Below, in pieces: positions 16,046-25,405 of a stretch of DNA of 44,070 nt. The stretch is from positions 1-44,070 of the forward strand of contig DATDFI010000451.1 in the NCBI GenBank assembly GCA_036522695.1, read 5' to 3'. Position numbers and translations under genes: made by a program. The stretch is from Bacteroidia bacterium (GTDB lineage Bacteria; Bacteroidota; Bacteroidia; JADZBD01). How positions within the stretch are numbered: position 1 is the stretch's first letter; each line of letters opens with the position of its first letter. The notes beneath the pieces were generated by a model, which ran no database searches, was not told the DNA's origin, and worked only from the letters and a program-made list of their open reading frames with translations.

Positions 16046-18835
16046 ATGAAAACTCTGAAAATCAATCTCGGCATTGTTATGCTGTGTGGCGTGATGGGCT
16101 TTGCGGGTGGGGCAAAAGCAACCGAATATGATGTGATCGCGAATCCAGCCAATGGAGTTGTTCCCAAGTTCACAAAGTTGGAATATTCCATAAAGGTCAG
16201 CAGTGCGATCCAAACGTATATTGATAATTTTATTAATAACGTTAGTCACCCCCGTTTAAATCCTTTTTATCCGGACGACATAAATGTAGAAGCACATTTC
16301 GTTTCACCTTCCGGGGTCAATCATACTGTATATGGGTTTTATTACCGGAATTTTCAATATGCCCATTATGATCCGCAAACAAGGCTTTGGGGAAGCGTTG
16401 AATCGCCTCCCATCAGTACAACTGATGTAAGATGGCAGCCGCTTGATGACGACTATGAATTCAAGGTGCGATTTTCTCCTGATGAAGTTGGGGATTGGAG
16501 ATGCACCATAGCCATGACCTACTCCGGAATGTCTTCTGAGAATTTCACTTTTGAGCCCCTCCTCTTTACTTGTACCGACTCCGATGAAAAAGGGTATATC
16601 ACCACCGGCAATAATGGCTATCTCAAATTCAGCGAAACGGGTGAAAGTTTTTTTCCTATAGGCGCTTATTTAGGCTGTGTGAACGACAGAGGAGATGGTT
16701 ACGATCCATCTATTGACGAATCGGTAAATTACGTCCGCGCATCACGTCCGGTGGAATACAGCGATTATATGGGCGCACTGGAAGATACATGGAATAATGG
16801 CGACCATGGCGCAAATTACGTACGGGTGATAATGTTCTCTCACTCCTGGTGCTTCGAATGGGAAGAATTAGGAAATTACTATAACCGCATGCCTCACGCC
16901 TGGGAACTTGACCGCCTGGTAGAATGGGCTGAGCAACACAACGTATATGTGAACCTGGACGTTTTGCCGGTTGATGGATACAACGATAGGGATGGGACAG
17001 ACAATACCATTGATCCGATTTTCGGGTCATGGAATGATAATCCTTACCGCACTTGTTTGCCCAACAATGGCGAAGATCCTACTGGAATAATAACCGATCT
17101 CACAGCACGTAAAAAACTGAAAAATTACCTGAGGTACTTGGTAGCGCGCTGGGGTTATAGCACTCATATTGAAAAATTCGAGTTGAATTCAGAATGTAAT
17201 CAGACAGGAAGATATTATGTAAAAACCACAAATCCCAACGACCCTAATTGCCTTGAATATGATCCATATACCCACATCTTATTCAGAAAACATGATCTTT
17301 CAAATTGCCAGAATAATTATGATTTTACCAATTTCCAATATCAACCCATGTACAATTGGCAAAGCCTGGGTTGGGATCCAAGCTGGGACTTTTGCGATAT
17401 AGGAACAAGTTCTATTACGCATCACTACTTCTCAGAGGACCTGTACCTATGGTTCAAGGATTTGTCCTCTTTCATGAAAAATGACCTGGGGGTAAAACAG
17501 ATGATAAATACAAGTTATGCCCTGGCCGATGGTCTACCCAATGGGATAAATGATAATACTTTTGCCGATCCCCTGGTTTCGGTAACTACCTCTCATCACT
17601 ATTCCATTGATGCAAACGAAAACTTGTTGCGCGCAAATCTCACAACTCTTTATAAAAATACTTACCGGAAGCCATTCGCTTTTGAAGAGGAAGCATCTTC
17701 CGATGTCAGCATTTTCACAGGCTCAACCCCGTCCGGCCCCAATTGTCACAAATTAACACCTAATCATTTTCCACCTGCGGGCACAGATCCTTTTTATGGA
17801 GGAGGTGATATAGAGATGCACAACATGGTATGGGCAACAGCATTCATGGGAGTATACGGGGTCTTTCCGGCAGTTGTTCCTGGACCCTCCGCGACTTCCC
17901 AATGGTATACTACCGAATGGAGGGAAAAAGGTCATACCCGTGAGTTCTTCCAGTATAATGTTCCTGCCCTTCAATCCTTCTTTAATGGGCTCGACTTCGA
18001 AAACTTTTCGTATCGGCCCTATCATGAGCCCCAGGTCAACAACGCAAACGAGCAATGGCAATATGTGGATGTTAACAGGAATAATATTGTGGATGAACCG
18101 GATGACATAGAGAATCCCCTTGAAAAATTCATTTTGGAAGGTGGCACGCAATCTATGGGTTGGATACATATGAGAAGGGCCAATTGGTCAACGGTTGATA
18201 ACAACCCAGGCAATTTCAATTATTATGGCTACTGCCACTGTTATGTTGGAGATTGCAACATCAGTGTTTCATCAGGATACAGCCATTACCTTTTACAGGA
18301 TCCTCTCGCTGGCACTACACCGTTTATGATCACCGGGCAAACCATGCAATTGCCCGTAGACGCATCCTACGCAAAATACCATGTGGATTGGTATGATACC
18401 CGCAACCCTAATGACCTTGTACAACAGGATGTGGAGTTGGTTAGTAATTCCGAGATCACACTTCATATTCCTCCTTTGGGAATGAATGTTAGTGATGCGC
18501 CAAATGGCTGTGCTTCCTGCCGACCTGATATCGCATTTAAAGTATACCCCGATAATGGTCATGGCTTCCAGCGCAACGGGTCACCGCAACAGGTGGCTCA
18601 TATACAGGTAATGCCCAATCCCAGCAAAGGTGTGTTCATGGTACAATCCAACCTGGAACTTCCCTCGCTCACCATAGAGGTAAAAGATATGCTGGGGAAC
18701 ACTATTTTCAAAAAGAAACTCACCAACTTCCTGAATGAACAGGTCGACCTTTCAGCATTCAGCAATGGTATTTATGCTGTTCATGTATACGATGACGTGA
18801 AAATAAATGAGACCTATAAAGTGATAAAGGAGTAG
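16046..18835 (+). CDS. T9SS-secreted large glycoside-hydrolase-like protein (TIM-barrel cellulase-like core, family unassigned)
   Basis: Signal peptide present. The central region has [21 protein letters not shown] and KFELNSE / PFAFEEE candidate acid and nucleophile segments. The C-terminal ~80 aa ([13 protein letters not shown]...[10 protein letters not shown]...YKVIKE) is a type A T9SS sorting domain. Confidence 0.7.
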   Translation: MKTLKINLGIVMLCGVMGFAGGAKATEYDVIANPANGVVPKFTKLEYSIKVSSAIQTYIDNFINNVSHPRLNPFYPDDINVEAHFVSPSGVNHTVYGFYYRNFQYAHYDPQTRLWGSVESPPISTTDVRWQPLDDDYEFKVRFSPDEVGDWRCTIAMTYSGMSSENFTFEPLLFTCTDSDEKGYITTGNNGYLKFSETGESFFPIGAYLGCVNDRGDGYDPSIDESVNYVRASRPVEYSDYMGALEDTWNNGDHGANYVRVIMFSHSWCFEWEELGNYYNRMPHAWELDRLVEWAEQHNVYVNLDVLPVDGYNDRDGTDNTIDPIFGSWNDNPYRTCLPNNGEDPTGIITDLTARKKLKNYLRYLVARWGYSTHIEKFELNSECNQTGRYYVKTTNPNDPNCLEYDPYTHILFRKHDLSNCQNNYDFTNFQYQPMYNWQSLGWDPSWDFCDIGTSSITHHYFSEDLYLWFKDLSSFMKNDLGVKQMINTSYALADGLPNGINDNTFADPLVSVTTSHHYSIDANENLLRANLTTLYKNTYRKPFAFEEEASSDVSIFTGSTPSGPNCHKLTPNHFPPAGTDPFYGGGDIEMHNMVWATAFMGVYGVFPAVVPGPSATSQWYTTEWREKGHTREFFQYNVPALQSFFNGLDFENFSYRPYHEPQVNNANEQWQYVDVNRNNIVDEPDDIENPLEKFILEGGTQSMGWIHMRRANWSTVDNNPGNFNYYGYCHCYVGDCNISVSSGYSHYLLQDPLAGTTPFMITGQTMQLPVDASYAKYHVDWYDTRNPNDLVQQDVELVSNSEITLHIPPLGMNVSDAPNGCASCRPDIAFKVYPDNGHGFQRNGSPQQVAHIQVMPNPSKGVFMVQSNLELPSLTIEVKDMLGNTIFKKKLTNFLNEQVDLSAFSNGIYAVHVYDDVKINETYKVIKE

Positions 18836-18858
18836 ATTAAGGCCATCTTGCCTTTTCA

Positions 18859-18889
18859 AAAACCCCGGGCTCCCTGTCCGGGGTTTTTC
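18859..18889 (+). terminator. Rho-independent terminator
   Basis: aaaaccccgg-N9-ccggggtttt followed by a T run. Confidence 0.7.
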
Positions 18890-18932
18890 ATTCCCTCTTC
18901 AACACCTCCCTGTTGATAAGCGCCCTGCCAGG

Positions 18933-18964
18933 TTTGGGCCAACCTCCTATTATCCTTACCTTTG
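18933..18964 (+). promoter_or_regulatory. Bacteroidota-type promoter for dut (-33 TTTG, -7 TACCTTTG)
   Basis: TTTG at 18933-18936, a 20-nt spacer, then TACCTTTG at 18957-18964. About 28 nt of leader to the ATG at 18999. Confidence 0.55.
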
Positions 18965-18998
18965 CGGATTCACCATTAAGAGTGAAAAACGCATAAAA

Positions 18999-19439
18999 AT
19001 GCCCGTTAAAGTAAAGATCATCAATCGCTCCAAACACCCACTGCCCGCATATGCCACCGCGGCTGCAGCCGGGCTCGACCTGCGCGCCAACCTCGAATCT
19101 CCTGTCGTCTTAAAGTCACTCGAGCGAGCGCTTGTCCCCACAGGATTATTCATGGAACTTCCCGTTGGATATGAAGCCCAGGTGCGCCCGCGCTCGGGCC
19201 TCGCTGCAAAGCATGGTATTACGGTTTTGAATTCGCCTGGCACCATTGATGCCGATTACCGTGGCGAAGTTAAAGTGATCCTGGTTAATCTCTCCAATGA
19301 TGATTTCACGATCAATGATGGAGAACGCGTGGCGCAGCTGGTCATTGCAAAACACGAGCAAGCCGAATGGATAGAGGTGGACGAATTGCAGGAGAGCGAG
19401 AGGGGCGCGGGAGGATTCGGAAGCACCGGGAAAAAATAA
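18999..19439 (+). CDS. dut: dUTP diphosphatase
   Basis: 146 aa. [30 protein letters not shown] and [10 protein letters not shown] are the five dUTPase motifs. Confidence 0.93.
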   Translation: MPVKVKIINRSKHPLPAYATAAAAGLDLRANLESPVVLKSLERALVPTGLFMELPVGYEAQVRPRSGLAAKHGITVLNSPGTIDADYRGEVKVILVNLSNDDFTINDGERVAQLVIAKHEQAEWIEVDELQESERGAGGFGSTGKK

Positions 19440-19553
19440 ATTGAGTTTACAGTCTCAGGTTTCAAATCTCAAGTTGTTGTGCTTATATGATACTAAACTT
19501 AAAAGGCGGAACCCAAACTCGAGACCTGAGACTCCAAACTTGAAACTTTTCAT

Positions 19554-20576
19554 ATGAAGATCATCATCCCCATGGCCGGAATGGGAAAGCGTATGCGGCC
19601 ACACACACTCACTACACCAAAACCACTGCTGCCTGTTGCCGGCAAGCCCATGGTGCAGCGCATTGTTGAGGACATCTCCAATATCTGTCCTGAAAAGATC
19701 ACCGAGGTCGCTTACGTAATATCACGCGCATTCGGTAAAGAGGCCGAAGATCATTTAGTGAAGGTTGCAGAAAAGCTTGGCGCAAAAGGGAAAATTTTTT
19801 ACCAGGACCAGCCCCTGGGAACGGCCCACGCCATCCTGTGCGCAAAAGAATGCCTCGATGGAAAAGTGCTGGTGGCCTTTGCCGACACTCTTTTCATCCC
19901 CGATCCCAACGCAAAGATCGACACCGGAAGAGACGGCATTATCTGGGTGCAAAAGATTGAAGATCCGAGGCAATTCGGGGTGGTAAAGCTGGATGCGGGA
20001 GGAGTGATCACCGATTTCGTGGAGAAGCCCCAGGAATTCGTTTCCGATCTTGCCATCATAGGTATTTATTATTTCCGCGATGGGGCTTACCTCAAAAAGG
20101 AGATGCAATACCTCATTGACAACGACCTGAAGGAAAAAGGCGAGTTCCAGCTCACCAACGCCATGGAGAACATGAGGCGGAAAGGAACGAAATTTGTGAC
20201 CTCGCAGGTGGCGGAATGGCTCGATTGCGGGAACAAGGATGCCACCGTTTATACCAACCAGCGCATACTCGAAAAATATTACATGAATGGCAGCGCAGGA
20301 AAAGGCAACGGGAAATTCGAAGCTATGGATTCAAAGATCATCGAGCCATGCGTGATCGGTGAGAATGTGAAGATCACCGGCTCCACCATCGGTCCTTTTG
20401 TTTCCATTGGCGATAACACGGTGATCGAAAATTCAACGGTGAAGAATTCCATCATACAATCCTCCACCAAAATTAAAAATGCAACACTCAGCAACTCCAT
20501 GCTCGGCTGCCACGTAGAATACAGCGGCAACTCATCCGATGCCAGCATTGGTGATTACAGCGTGATAAAAAGTTAA
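19554..20576 (+). CDS. Sugar-phosphate nucleotidyltransferase with C-terminal left-handed beta-helix
   Basis: MKIIIPMAGMGKRMRP...PKPLLPVAGKPMV is the NTP-transferase G-rich loop. The C-terminal hexapeptide-like repeats are IGENVKITGSTIGPFVSIGDNTVIENSTV. Confidence 0.8.
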   Translation: MKIIIPMAGMGKRMRPHTLTTPKPLLPVAGKPMVQRIVEDISNICPEKITEVAYVISRAFGKEAEDHLVKVAEKLGAKGKIFYQDQPLGTAHAILCAKECLDGKVLVAFADTLFIPDPNAKIDTGRDGIIWVQKIEDPRQFGVVKLDAGGVITDFVEKPQEFVSDLAIIGIYYFRDGAYLKKEMQYLIDNDLKEKGEFQLTNAMENMRRKGTKFVTSQVAEWLDCGNKDATVYTNQRILEKYYMNGSAGKGNGKFEAMDSKIIEPCVIGENVKITGSTIGPFVSIGDNTVIENSTVKNSIIQSSTKIKNATLSNSMLGCHVEYSGNSSDASIGDYSVIKS

Positions 20577-20579
20577 AGA

Positions 20580-22319
20580 ATGTTAAGCAGGAGAACTTTT
20601 CTTTTACCGGGCGTGGTGCTTGCATCCGTGCTCCTTTCTTCCTGCTTTCATAAGGGCATGCGTGGTCCAAAACCCAACAGCGAGGACCGCACCGCTTACG
20701 ATAAGCGCAAACTCGACTACCTGTATTTTGAGGCGATAGATGCCAAGATCAAAGGCAACACTACCGAAGCCCTCGAGAAATTCCAGAAATGCCTCAACCT
20801 CGATCCCAACAATGCCGCGGTGAATTACGAGATCGCCAACCTCCTCCACGCCAATGGCAAGAACACCGAGGCCCTGCCCTTCGCAAAAAAAGCAGCCGGG
20901 CTTGACGAACAAAATGTTTGGTATCAGTTACTGCTGGCCGATTGCCTTCGGGGACTGGAAAAATACAACGATGCCATTGTAGTGTATCAAAAGACCATCA
21001 AAATTTTTCCCGACAAGCTCGACCTCTATTACGAACTGGCTTCTTGCTACCTGTATGCCGGCAAACCCGATGATGCGGTTAAAACATACGATCGCATCGA
21101 GGAGAAGATCGGCATCACCGAAGAGATCTCCGTACAGAAAGAGCGCATCCTTTACAAAATGCACGACAATACACGTGCGGAAGAAGAATTGCAAAAGCTC
21201 ATCAACGCTTACCCTGACCAGGCAGAATATTACAATTTACTCGGCCAGCTTTACCGCGAAACAGGCCAGCGCCAAAAAGCCATCAACGCCTACAAAAAGA
21301 TCCTGGAGCTCGACCCTTCCAATGGCAGCGTACATCTTTCGCTGGCGGATTATTACCGCGATGAAAAAGATGACCAGCGGTCGTTTGATGAATTGAAGCA
21401 GGCCTTTGCCAGTCCCTCGCTGGAGGTGGATACCAAAATGAAGATCCTGCTGCAGTATTTCACTTTTTCGGAGAGCGATTCATCATTGAAAGTACAGGCC
21501 GATACGCTGGTGCGCGTGTTCGTACGCACACATCCCACCGATGCCAAAGCCCAATCCATCATGGGCGATTTTCTTTTCCGCGATAAAAAATATCCCGAGG
21601 CGCTGGATGCTTTCCGCAAAGCGGCCGCACTCGATAAGAACCGCTTCCCCATCTGGAACCAGATCCTCATCATCGATAACGAACTCGATCAGTACGACTC
21701 GCTCGAATCGGAAAGCTCACAGGCCATGGAGCTTTTTCCCAATGAGCCTTCCCCTTACCTGTTCAAAGGAGTGGCTTTTATCCAGAAGAAAAAATACAAG
21801 GAGGCCATCGACATTCTCAACGAAGGAAAAGAATACGTGGTGGACAACAACCAGCTCAAGGCTGAATTTTACTCTAACCTTGGTGATGCCTGGAACAAAT
21901 TAAAAAATAATGAAGAGTCGGATAAGGCTTTTGATAAAGCACTGGAACTCGATCCCGATAATACGGGCGTGCTGAACAATTACGCTTATTATCTCTCGCT
22001 TCGCGGGGAAAAACTCGATAAGGCCGAGAAGATGGCCAAACATGTGAATGAATTGCAGGAGAATGTGGCATCGTACGAAGACACCTATGGCTGGATACTT
22101 TACCGCGAAGGCAAATACGAAGAAGCGAAAAAATGGATAGAGATGGCTTTGCGCAACGGGGCCATGAACCGCCCGGTGATACTGGAACATTTTGGGGATG
22201 TGATGTACCGCCTTGGCGATACCGATAAAGCCTATGAATTCTGGAACAAGGCGCTGAAGGCCGGCAAGGGATCGGAGTTCCTCGAGAAAAAGATCAATGA
22301 CAGAAAATTGTACGAATAA
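20580..22319 (+). CDS. TPR-repeat lipoprotein
   Basis: Lipoprotein signal (VLLSSC), then more than 10 TPR-like units (ALEKFQKCLNLDPNNAAVNYEIANL..., AYEFWNKALKAG). Confidence 0.8.
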   Translation: MLSRRTFLLPGVVLASVLLSSCFHKGMRGPKPNSEDRTAYDKRKLDYLYFEAIDAKIKGNTTEALEKFQKCLNLDPNNAAVNYEIANLLHANGKNTEALPFAKKAAGLDEQNVWYQLLLADCLRGLEKYNDAIVVYQKTIKIFPDKLDLYYELASCYLYAGKPDDAVKTYDRIEEKIGITEEISVQKERILYKMHDNTRAEEELQKLINAYPDQAEYYNLLGQLYRETGQRQKAINAYKKILELDPSNGSVHLSLADYYRDEKDDQRSFDELKQAFASPSLEVDTKMKILLQYFTFSESDSSLKVQADTLVRVFVRTHPTDAKAQSIMGDFLFRDKKYPEALDAFRKAAALDKNRFPIWNQILIIDNELDQYDSLESESSQAMELFPNEPSPYLFKGVAFIQKKKYKEAIDILNEGKEYVVDNNQLKAEFYSNLGDAWNKLKNNEESDKAFDKALELDPDNTGVLNNYAYYLSLRGEKLDKAEKMAKHVNELQENVASYEDTYGWILYREGKYEEAKKWIEMALRNGAMNRPVILEHFGDVMYRLGDTDKAYEFWNKALKAGKGSEFLEKKINDRKLYE

Positions 22320-23217
22320 ATTGAGAACGGTATTACGTGTTTCGCTTTTATTCATGGTGCTGGTGATCATCTCCACCACGCAGCCTTCCTGCCGTACAAA
22401 AAAGCAGATCGTAACGGTTAAGAACGACACCGACACTTCCTATTCCAATTGCAAGACCGGCTACAAATCGGCCAAGGTGCTGACCAGCCTGTTGAAGAAG
22501 AATGAATTCGATTACCGCTGGATCTCCTGCAAGTTTGATGCATCCGCCACCTTTGACGGCAAAACACATGACTTCAGCGTAAGCATGCGCGGCCGCAAGG
22601 ACAGTGTGATCTGGATGTCGATCACCGATGGGCTGGTTGGGGCCATTGAAGGTGCGCGTATATTGCTCACCTGCGACTCGGTAAAATTCATGGACCGTTT
22701 GAACAAACAATATTTTACGGGCGGGTACGATACACTTCGCAAAATGCTCAACATCGATGACCTCGATTTCCAGATGGTGCAGGCCCTGCTCATCGGCAAC
22801 AGCGTGGAGTTTTACGAGGAAGAAGAGAAATTAAGACCGGGGCTGGACCGCAAGGAGTGCAAATACCTGCTGGGTACCACTCGCAAGCGTAAAATCATGC
22901 GGGTGCTTAAGGACGGGAGACCCCTGCGCGAGCCGGCACAAAGCATATGGATGGAGCCCGAGCATTTCAAAATATTGCGCATTTTCTTTACGGATTACAA
23001 TACCAACCGCACTTTCGATGCCAACTATGAAACATTTGAGCCGGTTGATTCGTTATTATTCCCCCATAAGATGTCGTTCGAGATCCGTGCGGAGCGCAAC
23101 CTGCTCATTAAAGCCCATTACAATAAAGTGAGCATCAATAAGGAGCTGACCTTTCCGTTCAATATCCCCTCGGGATACCAAAGGATAAAGGTGCAAAGTG
23201 AACAAGGCCCGCACTAA
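22297..23217 (+). CDS. DUF4292-like (LolB-fold) lipoprotein
   Basis: Signal with Cys (VIISTTQPSC). It occupies the conserved position between the TPR protein and the EnvC-like gene. The RGRKDSVIWMSIT...IEGARILLTCDSVKF pattern fits my memory of DUF4292. It overlaps the upstream gene by 23 nt. Confidence 0.6.
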   Translation: MTENCTNKLRTVLRVSLLFMVLVIISTTQPSCRTKKQIVTVKNDTDTSYSNCKTGYKSAKVLTSLLKKNEFDYRWISCKFDASATFDGKTHDFSVSMRGRKDSVIWMSITDGLVGAIEGARILLTCDSVKFMDRLNKQYFTGGYDTLRKMLNIDDLDFQMVQALLIGNSVEFYEEEEKLRPGLDRKECKYLLGTTRKRKIMRVLKDGRPLREPAQSIWMEPEHFKILRIFFTDYNTNRTFDANYETFEPVDSLLFPHKMSFEIRAERNLLIKAHYNKVSINKELTFPFNIPSGYQRIKVQSEQGPH

Positions 23218-24547
23218 AACGAAAATTATGAAACAAGAAAAACTGGAAAAGAAAAGCAAAAGGATATTCCTGCTTTTCCTGCTTACCTTTTTTGTTTTTA
23301 CGGGTATCTCCGCCCGGTATTTCAGCGCGCTGGCCAAACCCCAGCAGTTCTCCCAAAAGGAACTGCTCGATAAAAAGAAAAAACTCCAGGAAGAGATAGA
23401 ATACAAAAAGAAACTGCTGAATGAGATCAAGGGCAATAAAAACAGGTCCATGATCCAGCTTGCCATCATTAACAATAAAATAAAGGACCACGAAGAACTT
23501 ATCGAGACCCTCAACAGCGAGATCAGCGAGATCAATAACCAGATCAGCGAAACGCACAGCCACATTAACTCAAAAGAAGAGGAACTCAAAAAGCTGAAAC
23601 AGGATTATGCCAATATGGTGGTGAACGCTTACAAGAACCGCAACGCGTACGATCATCTCATGTTCATTTTTTGCGCCAATGATTTCAACCAGGCCTACCA
23701 GCGCTTGAAATATTTCCAGGTGTACACCGAGCTGCGCAAAAAACAAGCGGAGGAAATAGAGCGGAAAAAGAACGAGTTGAAAAAGAACCTCGATGGGCTG
23801 GAACAGAAAAAATCGGAGCAGAATAATTTGCTGAATGATAAAGAGAGCGAGAAAATGAATCTTTCGCAGGAGAAGGATGATAAAACGCAGGTGCTTACCG
23901 AGCTGCAGCAAAAAGAAAGTGATGTGAAGGACGAGATCGCCCGCAAAAAGAAACAGGCCGATAAGATCAAAAAGCTCATCGATAAACTTATTGCCGATGA
24001 GATCAAAAAACAGAACGAGATCCTAAGGGAGAAGAACAAGAACAAACCGAAGAACGAAAAAGAAGAGCCGAAGAAAAAGAAGGACGAGGAACTTAAAATA
24101 GATCTTACACCCGAGGAGCAACTCACCTCAAAAAATTTCGAAGGCAACGTGGGTCATTTGCCCTGGCCCGTGGAAAAAGGCGTGATCACCGAGCGTTTCG
24201 GTCCGCATGAGCACCCCGACCTGCCCGGTATCATCGTGAATTGTACGGGCGTAGAGATCACTTCCACCAAGGGCGCGCTGGCCCGCTCTGTTTTTGATGG
24301 AGAGGTGGTGGCCATCAGCGAGATCGAAGGTGTGGAGGGCAAGGTGGTCATCATTCGTCATGGCGAATACCTGAGCGTATACTATGCACTGGAGAATGTG
24401 TACGTGCAAAAGGGCGACAAGGTGAAAACCAAGCAGGAGATCGGCAAGGTGCTAACGGATGAGAATGGCAAGACCGAACTTCATCTCGAGATCTATAAAG
24501 GCAAAAAACTCCTTAATCCCGAGGAGTGGATAGTGGCGAAGAATTAG
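23198..24547 (+). CDS. Murein hydrolase activator EnvC-like protein (coiled coil plus degenerate LytM/M23 domain)
   Basis: A long K/E-rich coiled coil is followed by a C-terminal LytM fold. The usual HxxxD is replaced (NCTGVEI) and HxH is reduced to ELHLEIY, as in non-catalytic EnvC-type activators. The start may instead be the ATG at 23228 (MKQEK...). Confidence 0.8.
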   Translation: MNKARTKTKIMKQEKLEKKSKRIFLLFLLTFFVFTGISARYFSALAKPQQFSQKELLDKKKKLQEEIEYKKKLLNEIKGNKNRSMIQLAIINNKIKDHEELIETLNSEISEINNQISETHSHINSKEEELKKLKQDYANMVVNAYKNRNAYDHLMFIFCANDFNQAYQRLKYFQVYTELRKKQAEEIERKKNELKKNLDGLEQKKSEQNNLLNDKESEKMNLSQEKDDKTQVLTELQQKESDVKDEIARKKKQADKIKKLIDKLIADEIKKQNEILREKNKNKPKNEKEEPKKKKDEELKIDLTPEEQLTSKNFEGNVGHLPWPVEKGVITERFGPHEHPDLPGIIVNCTGVEITSTKGALARSVFDGEVVAISEIEGVEGKVVIIRHGEYLSVYYALENVYVQKGDKVKTKQEIGKVLTDENGKTELHLEIYKGKKLLNPEEWIVAKN

Positions 24548-24956
24548 GTTACCAATTACCCATTTTTATCAATGGTGCCAATTCCTGGCGATAAGCTCAC
24601 TGCATAGCTTATTACTTACGCGAAAAATTTGTGCCTTATTTCCCGGGCGCATGGCACAATTCGCATTTTTCCAGGGTATATAATTCCTGTGTGCCACCGG
24701 GCTTTTCGCTGCAAGTCCTCGTTCTTCGCACTGGCAATCGCAACTTTGGGCTTTCCGCTTCAATCCCTTGCGCAGGAAAAGGGTCATTAGCTCTTCTCGC
24801 GAAATTGGTTGGAACTGAACGGCTGGCCCTTAGCATTCTGCGATCAGTGACGAGCGATCGGTGACCATGGCCAATACCTCTAATACGTCCAGTCCGTATA
24901 CCTGTATACCTTTATGCTTTATGCCTTCTACCCATATACCATATTTCTTTTTTCCC

Positions 24957-24964
24957 TATCTTTG
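24957..24964 (+). promoter_or_regulatory. -7 box TATCTTTG upstream of tatA
   Basis: Perfect TAnnTTTG match 23 nt upstream of the ATG at 24988. Confidence 0.4.
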
Positions 24965-24987
24965 TCCCTCATTTAAAGAACAACAAC

Positions 24988-25182
24988 ATGACAACTGTAC
25001 TGCTTGGAATAATGGGGATGGGAACGCCCGAGATACTGATCATTGTGTTCATAGTGCTGCTGCTTTTCGGTGGCCGCAAAATTCCTGAACTCATGCGCGG
25101 TTTGGGCCAGGGTGTGAAGGAATTCAAAGATGCCTCTAAAGGCGTTGACAGCAAGGATAACGCTCCCGAAAAAAAGAGCTAA
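24988..25182 (+). CDS. tatA: Twin-arginine translocase subunit TatA/E
   Basis: [36 protein letters not shown] is the canonical TatA TM plus amphipathic helix. The true start could be the ATG at 25012 or 25018. Confidence 0.85.
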   Translation: MTTVLLGIMGMGTPEILIIVFIVLLLFGGRKIPELMRGLGQGVKEFKDASKGVDSKDNAPEKKS

Positions 25183-25204
25183 GCTCGATCGGTCTTTTTA
25201 AACC

Positions 25205-25241
25205 CACCGGGAATATGTGAAAGCAGGTTCCCGGTTTTTTT
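25205..25241 (+). terminator. Rho-independent terminator after tatA
   Basis: accgggaa-N14-ttcccggt followed by T7. Confidence 0.65.
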
Positions 25242-25251
25242 GTGCAGCATG

Positions 25252-25345
25252 TTCACCCTGACCTGGCGAAGGGTGATTTTTGCAAACATGATGAGCCATG
25301 GTCCGTCAGCGCTTGCACTGGGCTTGTTGAAGTGCTCACCATGAC
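25252..25345. repeat. REP-like intergenic repeat, copy 2 (expanded)
   Basis: tTCACCCTgacctggcgaAGGGTGA (25252-25276) and CATGGTccgtcagc...ctcACCATGAc (25297-25345) match copy 1. An extra internal hairpin gcact-N11-agtgc is present. Confidence 0.65.
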
Positions 25346-25380
25346 ATCCGCAAAATCATTTAGTATCTCGTTACGAATCG

Positions 25381-25388
25381 TATTTTTG
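25381..25388 (+). promoter_or_regulatory. -7 box TATTTTTG upstream of gatA
   Basis: Perfect TAnnTTTG match 17 nt upstream of the ATG at 25406. Confidence 0.4.
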
Positions 25389-25405
25389 CTCTCCTGTAAT
25401 TATAA

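Noticed and set aside
23056-24147. Three long minus-strand ORFs (177, 134/113 and 150 aa) and apparent low-complexity DNA repeats.
   Set aside because: They are the antisense of the K/E-rich coiled coil of the EnvC-like gene. The periodicity reflects AAR/GAR codon bias and is not a repeat array or CRISPR.
24569-25088. ORFs of 66-77 aa in the tatA upstream gap, and ORF 24861-25088 overlapping tatA.
   Set aside because: They have no coding-like composition, overlap each other on both strands, and run across hairpins. The last one is out of frame with the well-supported tatA.
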